From a virus (taxonomy: Duplodnaviria > Caudoviricetes), in the IMG/VR virus record IMGVR_UViG_3300027896_000059, positions 1 to 51,487 of that record: a stretch of 51,487 bases of DNA. One strand, given 5' to 3'. Position 1 is the stretch's first letter; every line of letters starts with the position of its first letter. Made by a program: the position numbers and the translations under genes. Below the pieces are notes generated by a model. The model was not told where the DNA came from. It did not search any database and saw nothing but the letters and a program-made list of their open reading frames with translations. Below, piece after piece: positions 18,658 through 28,375 of the stretch.

Positions 18658-19341
18658 TTACTGAAGAAGACCAACAACGTACACATCACCATAAATCGCA
18701 CCAATGCGACCAGCGGTATCAGCCGTAGAAGCCTCAGTAGTGAGCGATGGATTGTAGTACGAGAATGTCGTGCTAGTTGCAGATAGAACAGTAACAAGGC
18801 CATTGTATGCGGCATTACCAACAGTAAGAACCTTGACCTTTGCACCAGCAACCAACCAAGAAGGAACACTAGCAACAGTAAGGGTACTGATGTTGTTCGC
18901 GGTCGAGCGATTAGTGGTAGCAAGCGAAGGAATGGCGGCAGTCGTCACATTCACGCGAAGCGTTTGCGTAGCGGCGGCTCCATTGCTAGGAACTGCGGTT
19001 GATTTAGGAATGCCACCAAGGACATATCCGTTCGTTGCTGGAGCAAAGATGGTCTGGGAAAGATTTCCAGCGGCAATAGTCTGCACAGGAGTAGCAGGAA
19101 GAGTTGCAGTAGAAATGTTTTCACCAGTAGTTCCATCATCAATCGCCACAACAGCGGCGGTTCCATTAGTTCCAAGGGCGTTCTTGTAAACTACGAAAGA
19201 GGAAGTCGGAATAAAGACGTTCTCATCGTATTCAAGTTGACCAATGGTAGTAGTTCCAGCGACAGTAAAGTCAACTGCAACAGGCCCAAAACGAACCTGA
19301 GTAAGATTGTTAGGGACAGGAGGCGTAGTAGTAGAAGACAT
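18658..19341 (-). CDS. Putative capsid decoration/auxiliary protein
   Basis: T/A/V-rich beta protein with C-ending (highly expressed-type) codons, between MCP and the terminator. Confidence 0.6.
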   Translation of the reverse strand: MSSTTTPPVPNNLTQVRFGPVAVDFTVAGTTTIGQLEYDENVFIPTSSFVVYKNALGTNGTAAVVAIDDGTTGENISTATLPATPVQTIAAGNLSQTIFAPATNGYVLGGIPKSTAVPSNGAAATQTLRVNVTTAAIPSLATTNRSTANNISTLTVASVPSWLVAGAKVKVLTVGNAAYNGLVTVLSATSTTFSYYNPSLTTEASTADTAGRIGAIYGDVYVVGLLQ

Positions 19342-19357
19342 AATTTTGTTTTAAGTT

Positions 19358-19687
19358 TTAGTAGTAACTAGGAGTATTGTAAATAACATTATTCAAAGTG
19401 TAAGCGATATACACAGTTTCCGAGGTAGCGGCGACTGTAATTCCACTCTGAAGAGGGCCAGAACCATTAAGGTTCACACCACCAGAAATGGTAGTTCCAT
19501 TAACCACAGCAGACCCACCACCAGTAGTCGAAATCGACCAAGTTAGTGCGCTTACAGGGATAGTGTAACTGGTTCCAGTCGTTACTTGAATAAAGTAAGG
19601 AGTCAGCGGTTGCCCGTACCCTGCGTAAAGCAGGGCAGGGGCATTAAGAACGCTGGACGGGCCGTAATTTGCGTTATTAAGGGACAT
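19358..19687 (-). CDS. Small head-associated protein
   Basis: Start MSLNNANYG after an A/C-rich leader; directly after MCP. Confidence 0.6.
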   Translation of the reverse strand: MSLNNANYGPSSVLNAPALLYAGYGQPLTPYFIQVTTGTSYTIPVSALTWSISTTGGGSAVVNGTTISGGVNLNGSGPLQSGITVAATSETVYIAYTLNNVIYNTPSYY

Positions 19688-19707
19688 TTGTTTTGTCTTT
19701 AATAGGC

Positions 19708-21117
19708 TTAGATTGGCTCCGTAATCACATCCGAGCAAACGTAGCAGTCGGGAGTGTATTGCGGGGTGTAGTTAGGCTGAAGCGTGCAAGCGGCAGGGAT
19801 CACAAGCTGTGCATTGTTCAACCTGTGAAGGATCGAATGCATAAGCGTAGGATCTTGGAACTGCATACCCATGCGGAACTGGTTCCAGAAGAAACCTTGA
19901 TCACGCTTGATGTTGCACTCCCAATCTGGATTCTTCCACTCCCAATCACCAGCGTAGTTCTGGGTCATGCCTTGGGCTTCACCAATTCCACTCTGAGATG
20001 GGCTGATCCACTTAATCATGGCCTTGTTGACCCATGGGTTAGTGATACCGAAATCAGCGTAGTTGAATGCAGGGTTCTGAACGTACTTGCAACCAAGCTC
20101 GGTGGTCACAGGAACATAAGGAAGAACGCGCACCAGACGAGGCCAGGTGGTAGGATCATTGACATTGAAAGTTGGAAGAGACGCATTGTACGTCCAATCA
20201 ACATTCAAGCGAACGCCGTTGATGTCGTTGCAGAAGGCGTAGTTTCCGATAACACGATCAATACCAAGAGAGTACTGAAGCTGTTTGTCATCGAAATCGC
20301 TAACGCTCTCCCACCATCCACCAGACTGCTTGGCATACTGCCAAAGCTGGCGAAGTACGCGAGCATCGGGAACGATGATCTCAAGGAGAGGACGACCAGC
20401 GGCCTCACTCACATCGAGACGATAAGCGTCATCTTCACGCTGAAGGTTGATGAGGATGTCGTCAAGCGTATCAAGCGAAAGAAGCCCGATGTTGTTGAGC
20501 TGAGAAGCGGCGAGCTTCACATAGACATAGCCCATGTTGAAGGAACCTTCGTTCGTGCCCTCGAAAGGCTGAACGATGAACATCTGATCATCTGGAGTAA
20601 CGCAAGAAACAAGGGACTGACCATTGCTGATCGGAACCCACTTGTGACCAGCACCACCGATCCAGTTAGAGCGAGCGAACTCTTCATGCACGTTTTTCGT
20701 GATGTTGACGTTCGTTGCCATGATGTGATCCATCTCCTCTTGAGGGAAGAGGCGATACATGAAATCAGTAAGCTGATACCAATCGGTACGCATTGCCTTG
20801 GTGAAAAGGCTGAAGCTATATGATTCTGTACCAGGGTGAGCAATAAACTCAAACTGAACGTCATCTGCATTCTGGATGCAACGTCCACTCTGAACTTCCT
20901 GCCAAGGCTGATCGGGGTTGTACCATCCGCGACCAAAGCGGAATGCTTTCTGGGTCGGAAGGGTATTGAGAGGCCAAGTCTCAGTCTCAAGACGACCATA
21001 ATAGATACTGTTTATGGCCATCTTCTTGATGAAGAATGGGTTATAATAAGTGCGGGCTTCCCTAAAAAGGGTGTCCACATCTTGACAGCTAGAGAATGTT
21101 ACTCCGTTTTGTGCCAT
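19708..21117 (-). CDS. Major capsid protein
   Basis: 469 aa; follows portal and scaffold; strongest codon bias in the genome. Confidence 0.8.
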   Translation of the reverse strand: MAQNGVTFSSCQDVDTLFREARTYYNPFFIKKMAINSIYYGRLETETWPLNTLPTQKAFRFGRGWYNPDQPWQEVQSGRCIQNADDVQFEFIAHPGTESYSFSLFTKAMRTDWYQLTDFMYRLFPQEEMDHIMATNVNITKNVHEEFARSNWIGGAGHKWVPISNGQSLVSCVTPDDQMFIVQPFEGTNEGSFNMGYVYVKLAASQLNNIGLLSLDTLDDILINLQREDDAYRLDVSEAAGRPLLEIIVPDARVLRQLWQYAKQSGGWWESVSDFDDKQLQYSLGIDRVIGNYAFCNDINGVRLNVDWTYNASLPTFNVNDPTTWPRLVRVLPYVPVTTELGCKYVQNPAFNYADFGITNPWVNKAMIKWISPSQSGIGEAQGMTQNYAGDWEWKNPDWECNIKRDQGFFWNQFRMGMQFQDPTLMHSILHRLNNAQLVIPAACTLQPNYTPQYTPDCYVCSDVITEPI

Positions 21118-21394
21118 AATATTTTAAGTTTTGGGTTTTGTTTTAGTATCCCAAAAGGATCACTCCCCTTGGAACACAGTTATTGTGTTTTAGGTTTGCG
21201 ATCTGGCAACCATCGCGGGTTTATTTGATCACCCCACTATTCTCCAGTTTGGCAACCTGCTTGTTATTTTACATCGGTCGCTATCCGATACGTTGCTTCC
21301 ACCGAGAACAGTTGGCTAATCAAACCAACCAATCCAGAGTTTTATAATGTCGATGAACTATTAGGGTTTTCCGAATAGTTCGTCAACATAAATG
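21118..21394 (-). ncRNA. Structured non-coding leader / candidate RNA upstream of MCP
   Basis: 277-nt gap with a 16-bp imperfect inverted repeat over TTGACG and at least five hairpins. Confidence 0.45.
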
Positions 21395-22714
21395 TTATCT
21401 GTTGCGGAATTTAGCAAACAATGCGGCTGGAGTTTTCTCCTCCATATCATTTGCCTTTCCAGCACTAGAAGATCCAATTGTTCCATCGCCAGTAGAAGAA
21501 CCACGCATTTTCTTGATGGTTTCTTTAAGTTCTGCATTCTCTCTTTCAAGAGCAAAACTATAGGCTTTGGCTTTCTTAAATTTAGCTCCCTGTTGAAGAA
21601 CGCGAGTAATTTGTTCTGGAGCGTAGTTGCTGTTCTCTCGCAATGCGGCCTCAGCGATCAACTCATCTTCAGTTGTATCATCATCATACTGATGTGACGC
21701 AAGAATCTTGGCAATTTCTTCTGGATAAGAAACATTAACTTGCTGTTTAGCCTGTTCCAATGCTTCCTGCCAACGCTTTCCAACTTGTGATTTAGTCATT
21801 GAAGCTCGACGACTATTTTCTTCTTCAATCTGAGCTTTTGTAACTTGCCAATTCATTAATGCTTCATTCCTAGCTTCAATCTTAGCAAGAACATCATAAG
21901 CTGTACTCTGAAACTTAGCCTGTTCCATAGGAGAAAGATTCTCGTAGATGGCGTTAAGAGTCTGTTTGGAAATCTCACTTTGGCGCATCTTTTCATTAGG
22001 ATCTTGTAAAGTAAGAGATTGCTCATAAGCAGAAACAGCTTTTGAAAACTCTGCAAGGCTAGTCTGATCTCCACCTACAATCATTTTAACTTGATTATAT
22101 CCAGAGACAATGGGTGCATCATAATCACGCTTAAAGTTCGGGTCAGCGGGAAGATTAAGTAGTGCATTTGCTTGGCGAAGGTTTTCAAGGTCAGATGTCA
22201 ATGCCTCTTCGCGCTCTTGGCGTTCTTTTACTGCCTTTTCAAGCTCTTTGCGTAGCTTTTCTACTTCCTTTTTGCTTTCGCTATCATCAATTTTAGAACG
22301 AAGCTCTTCAATCTCTTGCTTGGTTTTATCGTATTCAGCAACCTTTGCTTTTAGTTCAGCAGCTTCTTTTGCAAGCTGTTCATTGGTTTGCTTTAGGCTT
22401 TTAATGTACCCAGGCTTCTTTTCATCATCAACAAGAGATGCTTTTGTTTCTGGATCAGGACGATTGTTTTCAGATGCATTTGCGGCATCTTTTTCTGAAT
22501 CAATCTTATCTTGAAATTGAGCAGTATCCTGATTTAGCTTTTCTGCCATCTTTTTGAAAAGATCCGAAGGACTTCCCTTTGGTGCATCTTTGATATTTTC
22601 CCTAAAGAAAGTATCTGCCTGTTTTACAGCGGAATCTCTTGCGGCCTTATCAGCGGCGGCATCAAATTGTGGTGCTGGTTTTGCTACGGGTTCTGCAATT
22701 GCGGTTTCAGACAT
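21395..22714 (-). CDS. Capsid scaffolding protein
   Basis: Charged coiled-coil protein between portal and MCP. Confidence 0.7.
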   Translation of the reverse strand: MSETAIAEPVAKPAPQFDAAADKAARDSAVKQADTFFRENIKDAPKGSPSDLFKKMAEKLNQDTAQFQDKIDSEKDAANASENNRPDPETKASLVDDEKKPGYIKSLKQTNEQLAKEAAELKAKVAEYDKTKQEIEELRSKIDDSESKKEVEKLRKELEKAVKERQEREEALTSDLENLRQANALLNLPADPNFKRDYDAPIVSGYNQVKMIVGGDQTSLAEFSKAVSAYEQSLTLQDPNEKMRQSEISKQTLNAIYENLSPMEQAKFQSTAYDVLAKIEARNEALMNWQVTKAQIEEENSRRASMTKSQVGKRWQEALEQAKQQVNVSYPEEIAKILASHQYDDDTTEDELIAEAALRENSNYAPEQITRVLQQGAKFKKAKAYSFALERENAELKETIKKMRGSSTGDGTIGSSSAGKANDMEEKTPAALFAKFRNR

Positions 22715-22735
22715 GGTTGTTTTTGTTTGTTGTGG

Positions 22736-23017
22736 TTACTTGCGAGAATTAATTTCTTCTTCAGATAATGTGTCATCAAGATCGGGATCTATATCCAAAT
22801 CATGTGCGCTTACTTTTACTGTGGTTAGTTTTGGTCTATCAGATGCAGAAAATGTATTGTCTTCTGCATCAGTTGCCCACTCTTGTAAAGCTCGGAATAC
22901 TGCAACCACAGTTGCGTGGTCTTTGTTTACCAACTCCTCGTATAATCCGTTTTTAAGTTCGCTATAGCGACGATCATTGATAATTGCGGCGGCTAGATTT
23001 ACTACGTTTTTATCCAT
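22736..23017 (-). CDS. Hypothetical acidic protein
   Basis: Overlaps the portal stop; typical small gene between portal and scaffold. Confidence 0.65.
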   Translation of the reverse strand: MDKNVVNLAAAIINDRRYSELKNGLYEELVNKDHATVVAVFRALQEWATDAEDNTFSASDRPKLTTVKVSAHDLDIDPDLDDTLSEEEINSRK

Positions 23018-25625
23018 TCTCTTGTCCTGTTTGCGGGTTGCTTTGAGTTACTTCTTCTTGACCTTGAATGGCTTGTTGTTGCGCCATCATGTCTTGAGCG
23101 TTCATTTGCTGTTGCTGATCAAGCTCTTGTTCATGTTGATCCTGCAATGCTTGCATATTATGTGCGGCTTTTGCACGATGAATCTGAATTTCATTAGCGG
23201 CTTTTGCTCTCTTTGTAGCCAAATCAGTTGCAACTTTTTCCATTGCGTTAGCATTATGAAGATGAGCTTTTTGCGCCATTGCCGCAAGTTTAATGTCTTC
23301 TTTCTTTTTAAGACTATCAGTTTCAATTGCTTGTTTTGCAACAAGAGCCTGTAGCTTAATATCATCTGGACTTTGGTTTTGTCCTTGGCCTTGCTGTTGT
23401 TGTTTAGACTTCTCAAGTTGTGCAAGCTGGCTACCAAGCTCATCAGTTCCACGCTGGAGCTGTTGCATTTGTTGACCAAACTGCTTGGCAAGTTCTTTCT
23501 TAGAAGGATCTTTCTGAATAAACTGAAGATGTGCAGTAAGATGTGGGCCTTTGAAGCGAATTAAACAAGCATAGATGTCTTTAATAAGCTCAACAGCCTC
23601 CTCAGATGCCCCCTGAGCTTCTTGTCCGCGAGTAGGTGCTTGAGGATTAACCCCAGCAGATTGAAGTGCCTGTTGAGCCTCCTGCATGGAGGCGGCGGCA
23701 TCCTGCATATGACCATTAAAATGTTCGATATGGTTTTGATCAGGATAAACTCGGAAGTTTGCAGGATTTCCCTTTGGATCAGTCATGCCAATGTTTTCCA
23801 TCGAGATAATTCCCTGATCATCTGGAATATTGATCTTGGTTTGCTTAACGTAACGATTGACATTTTGACGACCATTAAGAGCGGCAATAGCATCAGCAAT
23901 AGCATTTGCCTGTCCTTCATTCATTGGAGTCATGCCAGTAAGAGAAACAGTCTGTTGAGCCGCCATCAGTTTATAGCTAGGGCTTCCAGATCCAGAAAGC
24001 ATATTGGATTCAATATTCTCAATGTTTTCCCATTTGTATGCTTCTTTTGGAACACCATTTTCCTCCATGAAATCAACAAACTTTTCTTTTAACTTATAAC
24101 CATAACCACCTTTTGTGGTTCGGCTCATGCGCTTGAATAGCATCTTTAGCCAACGAGTCTGATTGTCATTAAACCTACGGATTTGAGTTCCCTGTAGCTT
24201 TGCGGATTCAGCGGCATCAAGCTCTGCTTCTCCTTTAGTCCTAGCTTTGCCACTTTTGTTTGCCATTCCAATGTTGTATGCGCCAATTCCGCGATACAAA
24301 TCAGCTTGATAAAACTGAATTCCAGAAAGAACTTCTTGGAAGGGTATATTTACAGAAACCTGATGCGGCTCAACGTCTTGTGGCAAAACCATCCAAGGCA
24401 TCCACTCCATTTGTTTAAGTTTCTTGGTAGATTCAGCAGATCCTCCCTTAAACATGAGTCGAGTATTCCAATCAACGGCATCCATGAAACGATTCATGTG
24501 GATGTCATATGCTCGGCATTGAATGAAAACAGCTTCAGCTAGACCTTGGATCTCATGCCAAATGCCAGATCCAGTAGAATCAGTCATAGGAGCAATAATA
24601 TCCTCCCATCCATCTTCATCTTTTTCTACCCAATCTTTTTTGTAATACAAAAAGCCAGTTTGATCGCGGTATTCCTCTTCAGTAAGATCCTTACGACCAT
24701 TTTCTTTGTAGCCAAGAACAAGTCCTCCATAATTCTGGAGCAAGAGCATTTTGGAAATGCTTCCATTAAACTCCATGATATAAAGCTCATAAAGCTCAAT
24801 CCTTAGGGTGTAAAGGCGAGAAAGATTCATGTTGCCAGAAGCAACATCACGCAACCATTCAGTATTGGTGTAAGTATTGCGGTAGTTTGTCGTAAACATT
24901 CGCAATGCATCTACGCAAGCCCAAAAATTCCACCCCATATCAGTAGCGTGTTGCTCTGCTTTTACTGGATCTTCCTCCCCGCCAGTAATCTTGAGCCAGA
25001 ACTCAAGGGGTGTGTAGCTACGTTTGATGCACATCTCACCCAAGTTCGTGAGATCGGCATATGTTTTATCTGGAATTAGAACATTAGAGTTGTGAAAGCT
25101 CTTGGTGGGCCATCCGTCTCTATCTTCTGCAATTTCAAAACCCTTTCCGTAAAGAGTCATCTCTTCAACATCCAACTCAACATTATAGTTATAAGATGAC
25201 CAAGAACGAAGCATCCTATCAAATCCTACGCCAATAAGATCGCTCCATTCTTTCTTTTCAGTAGGATTACCAAGTTTTGTCGTAATGGTTGCGGCAGTAT
25301 TGCGCTCCATAACCATGTCCACAAAACTGGACTTTTGATTATCAACAATAAATTTCATCTGACGGAATGGCACATTGCTCATTCCAGAAAGTTGACGGGA
25401 AGCTACTTGGCTATAATCAGTAGGGGGAAATCCTTTATAGCATTTGTAAATACGACCCCACTTACGTTCACGTCCAGCATTATCAAGACGAAGGTTCCAA
25501 CAAATTGTAAAAGCATCATTAGCCGTTTGAACTCGGCTTGTTGGAGCTACACCATTTGAATTGATCGTATTGAATCCCCAAGAGGAGACACCTTCACGAT
25601 TTACGATCTTTTTTGTTTTAGCCAT
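23010..25625 (-). CDS. Portal protein
   Basis: 871 aa; RTKGEA...A wing motif, Q-rich C-terminal barrel; synteny. Confidence 0.8.
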   Translation of the reverse strand: MAKTKKIVNREGVSSWGFNTINSNGVAPTSRVQTANDAFTICWNLRLDNAGRERKWGRIYKCYKGFPPTDYSQVASRQLSGMSNVPFRQMKFIVDNQKSSFVDMVMERNTAATITTKLGNPTEKKEWSDLIGVGFDRMLRSWSSYNYNVELDVEEMTLYGKGFEIAEDRDGWPTKSFHNSNVLIPDKTYADLTNLGEMCIKRSYTPLEFWLKITGGEEDPVKAEQHATDMGWNFWACVDALRMFTTNYRNTYTNTEWLRDVASGNMNLSRLYTLRIELYELYIMEFNGSISKMLLLQNYGGLVLGYKENGRKDLTEEEYRDQTGFLYYKKDWVEKDEDGWEDIIAPMTDSTGSGIWHEIQGLAEAVFIQCRAYDIHMNRFMDAVDWNTRLMFKGGSAESTKKLKQMEWMPWMVLPQDVEPHQVSVNIPFQEVLSGIQFYQADLYRGIGAYNIGMANKSGKARTKGEAELDAAESAKLQGTQIRRFNDNQTRWLKMLFKRMSRTTKGGYGYKLKEKFVDFMEENGVPKEAYKWENIENIESNMLSGSGSPSYKLMAAQQTVSLTGMTPMNEGQANAIADAIAALNGRQNVNRYVKQTKINIPDDQGIISMENIGMTDPKGNPANFRVYPDQNHIEHFNGHMQDAAASMQEAQQALQSAGVNPQAPTRGQEAQGASEEAVELIKDIYACLIRFKGPHLTAHLQFIQKDPSKKELAKQFGQQMQQLQRGTDELGSQLAQLEKSKQQQQGQGQNQSPDDIKLQALVAKQAIETDSLKKKEDIKLAAMAQKAHLHNANAMEKVATDLATKRAKAANEIQIHRAKAAHNMQALQDQHEQELDQQQQMNAQDMMAQQQAIQGQEEVTQSNPQTGQENG

Positions 25626-26014
25626 TACCGATTAATATTATTAAGAGCTTCACGCCTTTTCTGACAAGCAGGACAATTCTTTGCCCTTGTTTCTAATTGG
25701 GCATTGATGCCAAATGTAGAAGCAACCTTATCTCCAAGATGTGCAAATTTGTGAATTACATTGGCAACTGCATCGCCAGCTTCTTGCCAGCAATATTGCC
25801 CTGCAATGCGTTGGCAAATTTGTTGCTCTACCAAATAATCTAAATTTTCTGGTATGGCAACATTCTTATTAGTCATGTCTGACTTAATCTTTTGGATGAA
25901 TTGCCTCCCAAACGTGAGATCCATTCCATTAACACGATAATTATTTCCCTTGTCATCTGAGTATTGATACCAAAGACCTCCAGGAATTGCGTCATTAGGA
26001 TTTTTGAGCTTCAT
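25625..26014 (-). CDS. Hypothetical protein with Cys motifs
   Basis: Start MKLKNPNDAIPGG; CQRIAGQYC and CPACQKRREALN. Confidence 0.65.
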   Translation of the reverse strand: MKLKNPNDAIPGGLWYQYSDDKGNNYRVNGMDLTFGRQFIQKIKSDMTNKNVAIPENLDYLVEQQICQRIAGQYCWQEAGDAVANVIHKFAHLGDKVASTFGINAQLETRAKNCPACQKRREALNNINR

Positions 26015-26065
26015 GTAATTCAAATACTTGTATTTTATTAAAGAACAAGTCAACACTAAAGGTTT

Positions 26066-27991
26066 ATGGAATATAACGGATTAACGCTAGACCTACCAAA
26101 AGACACAACGTATGGGCTTTCTTTCTTTGAAAATGTTCCACAGTTTATTAGAGAGCTTACCGCTTATCGTCTTACTCGCGGAGAGTTTGGAAGAAGGGAA
26201 AGAATCAAAAAAGGAATCAAATTAGATGAATGCGGCTTGCTTAATCCAGCACAGCACATGGTCAATTGCTTCCAATTGATTTATGGAAATGATGTTCTGT
26301 TGCATTCTCAAGGAATACCAAACAATTATGCTTTAGACATCATTGATTTGTTCTGTAATGACAACGATTGGGGCATTGCAGGATGTGCAAGTAGCGGAAA
26401 AACCTTCTCTGTTGCGGCTTGCATAGTAATTGATTGGCTTTGCGCTCCTGATTGTACATCAACTTATGTTGCAAGTACATCGTTAGACGCTTCAGAAGAC
26501 CGACTTTGGGGTAAAGTTTGTACGCTTTACCGAATTGCAATGCGTAATTTACAGGCCGCATATGGAAAAGATGCAAGCATTGGAAACCTTGTTGAGTATC
26601 GAAGAATGATTGTTTTTGAGTCTATTGACACAAAAGACACAGAGCGAGACTACACAAATGCCATTAAAGCACTTGCATTCCCACGTGGAGGCGAGGGAAA
26701 GCGTTCTGTGGAGAATACAAGAGGGCGAAAAAACGCTAGAATGAGGCTATTCTTGGATGAGTTGGCTGAAATGGATCTTTATGCGCTTGATACTCGCGTC
26801 AACCTTGGCGCAAATCCAGACTTTATCTTTGGAGGCATGGCAAACCCATCAAATACTGCCAACAATCCACATACTGAGCTATGTCAGCCAGACGATCCAA
26901 TGGAATGGGATGCTGTTAATAGATATACTCACAAATGGAATACTAGAACAGGCGTAGCATTGCATCTTTCTGGTGAAGATAGCCCTAATTTCAAGGTTCC
27001 AGATGCAGAAATACCACCATTTGATAGGTTTTTGACAGTACAAGGCGAGGCAAACACGCTAAAACGATGCTATGGCAATAAAAATGCTTTAGAATACTGG
27101 AGAAACGTCTATGGGTGGTGGCCTGATAGTTCTGTTGAACTAACAATCTTCTCAAAACAGTTTATAAAAGGATGCGATATAGCATGGGAGCCTACTTGGA
27201 GCGATAGAACAAAGGTTGTTTGTGGATTTGACCCTGCATTTACTGCGGGTGGAGATAGATGCGCGGCTACTTTTTGTAGATATGGATCAAATGATACAGG
27301 AAGAAAGGTAGGATTCTATCTCGGAACAAGAGAATATAACAGTTCTGTAGGAGAAGTATTTGAAGAATCAATTGCAATCCAATTGGTTAAAGATTGCGTT
27401 GAGTACGGAGTTCATCCAAGGGATTTTGGTTTGGATATTTCTGGCGATGGCGGAAAAATGCTTAGAGCTATCATCATTGAATGGGGAAAATTCCACCCAG
27501 AAGCCATGTTCATCCATCCAATCTCTTCTATGGGAATGCCTACAGAACGAAGGATTAGCAGTTTGGATAAACGTACTGCAAAAGAAGCCTATGATCGTCG
27601 AGTAACAGAGTCTTGGTTCCAAGTTCATACTGCTATGTCAACGCAAAGTTTACTTGGCATAGATGTCGATAAACACACCCTAATGGTAAGCGAACTTTGC
27701 AGTAGGCTTTATTTCCACAAGGGCAGAAAAGTTGCTGTCGAGAAAAAGTTGGATATGAAACAGCGCATCAAGAAATCGCCCGATTTGGCTGATTCTTTGA
27801 CCTATGCTGTTGAAATGCTACGAAAAGCAGGACTAGAGTTCAGCTTTGAAGAAGAGCAAGAATCTTTAGACATCCTAGAGATCCGCGATTGGGAAGAACG
27901 TCTAATTCACAGCAAGCATAATGCCCAAGAACAAGTTGAGAACGATGAATGGGGATATGGAAGTAGTGGAGTAGATGAAGATGGATTTTGA
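26066..27991 (+). CDS. terL: Terminase large subunit
   Basis: Walker A GCASSGKT, Walker B LFLDE, coupling motif GMANP, nuclease GFDPAF..GGD and KSPDLADS. Confidence 0.9.
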   Translation: MEYNGLTLDLPKDTTYGLSFFENVPQFIRELTAYRLTRGEFGRRERIKKGIKLDECGLLNPAQHMVNCFQLIYGNDVLLHSQGIPNNYALDIIDLFCNDNDWGIAGCASSGKTFSVAACIVIDWLCAPDCTSTYVASTSLDASEDRLWGKVCTLYRIAMRNLQAAYGKDASIGNLVEYRRMIVFESIDTKDTERDYTNAIKALAFPRGGEGKRSVENTRGRKNARMRLFLDELAEMDLYALDTRVNLGANPDFIFGGMANPSNTANNPHTELCQPDDPMEWDAVNRYTHKWNTRTGVALHLSGEDSPNFKVPDAEIPPFDRFLTVQGEANTLKRCYGNKNALEYWRNVYGWWPDSSVELTIFSKQFIKGCDIAWEPTWSDRTKVVCGFDPAFTAGGDRCAATFCRYGSNDTGRKVGFYLGTREYNSSVGEVFEESIAIQLVKDCVEYGVHPRDFGLDISGDGGKMLRAIIIEWGKFHPEAMFIHPISSMGMPTERRISSLDKRTAKEAYDRRVTESWFQVHTAMSTQSLLGIDVDKHTLMVSELCSRLYFHKGRKVAVEKKLDMKQRIKKSPDLADSLTYAVEMLRKAGLEFSFEEEQESLDILEIRDWEERLIHSKHNAQEQVENDEWGYGSSGVDEDGF

Positions 27992-27993
27992 TA

Positions 27994-28023
27994 TTGACGA
28001 TTGCGGAGATTGTGTGGCATATT
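27994..28023 (+). promoter_or_regulatory. Sigma70-like promoter
   Basis: TTGACG-N18-CATATT with TGn extension. Confidence 0.5.
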
Positions 28024-28029
28024 CACCGC

Positions 28030-28330
28030 ATCTGAATGGTGACGCATTCTAGTAAAACTTTCCTCCTCCAAAAGAAAAGCCCCGCTGTAGTGCGTCACCA
28101 CTCGGCGGGGCTTGTCCGTTATAGCAAGTGAGGATGGCCGTGAATGCGTACCACGGGATTCAACAACAACGGCTTTGGAGAACCAAAACTCCTTACCCGA
28201 TGAGAGAGAAAGGAAACACCCTGCATCAATTTTGGGGTGCAGTAGTTTCTTTTCTTTTCTGACAGGCTTTCCCTACTGAGGAGTGGGGGGATTAAGGGGG
28301 GGATTTGCTTTACTCTTTTGGTTTTCTTTA
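28030..28330 (+). ncRNA. Candidate structured RNA / RNA-primed origin
   Basis: Pseudoknot-type complementarity, several stems, G6-ATTAA-G7 then a T-rich tract; no plus-strand ORF of 60 aa or more. Confidence 0.45.
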
Positions 28331-28340
28331 GTGCTGGAGA

Positions 28341-28369
28341 TTGACTAAAAAGTATTCACACCGCATACT
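28341..28369 (+). promoter_or_regulatory. Promoter for a probably leaderless pentein mRNA
   Basis: TTGACT-N17-CATACT with 6 nt before ATG 28376. Confidence 0.65.
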
Positions 28370-28375
28370 TCCTAA

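Noticed and set aside
19693-20823. 376-aa plus-strand ORF antisense to MCP
   Set aside because: Shadow ORF expected from the strong codon bias of MCP; non-ATG start and no recognisable motifs.
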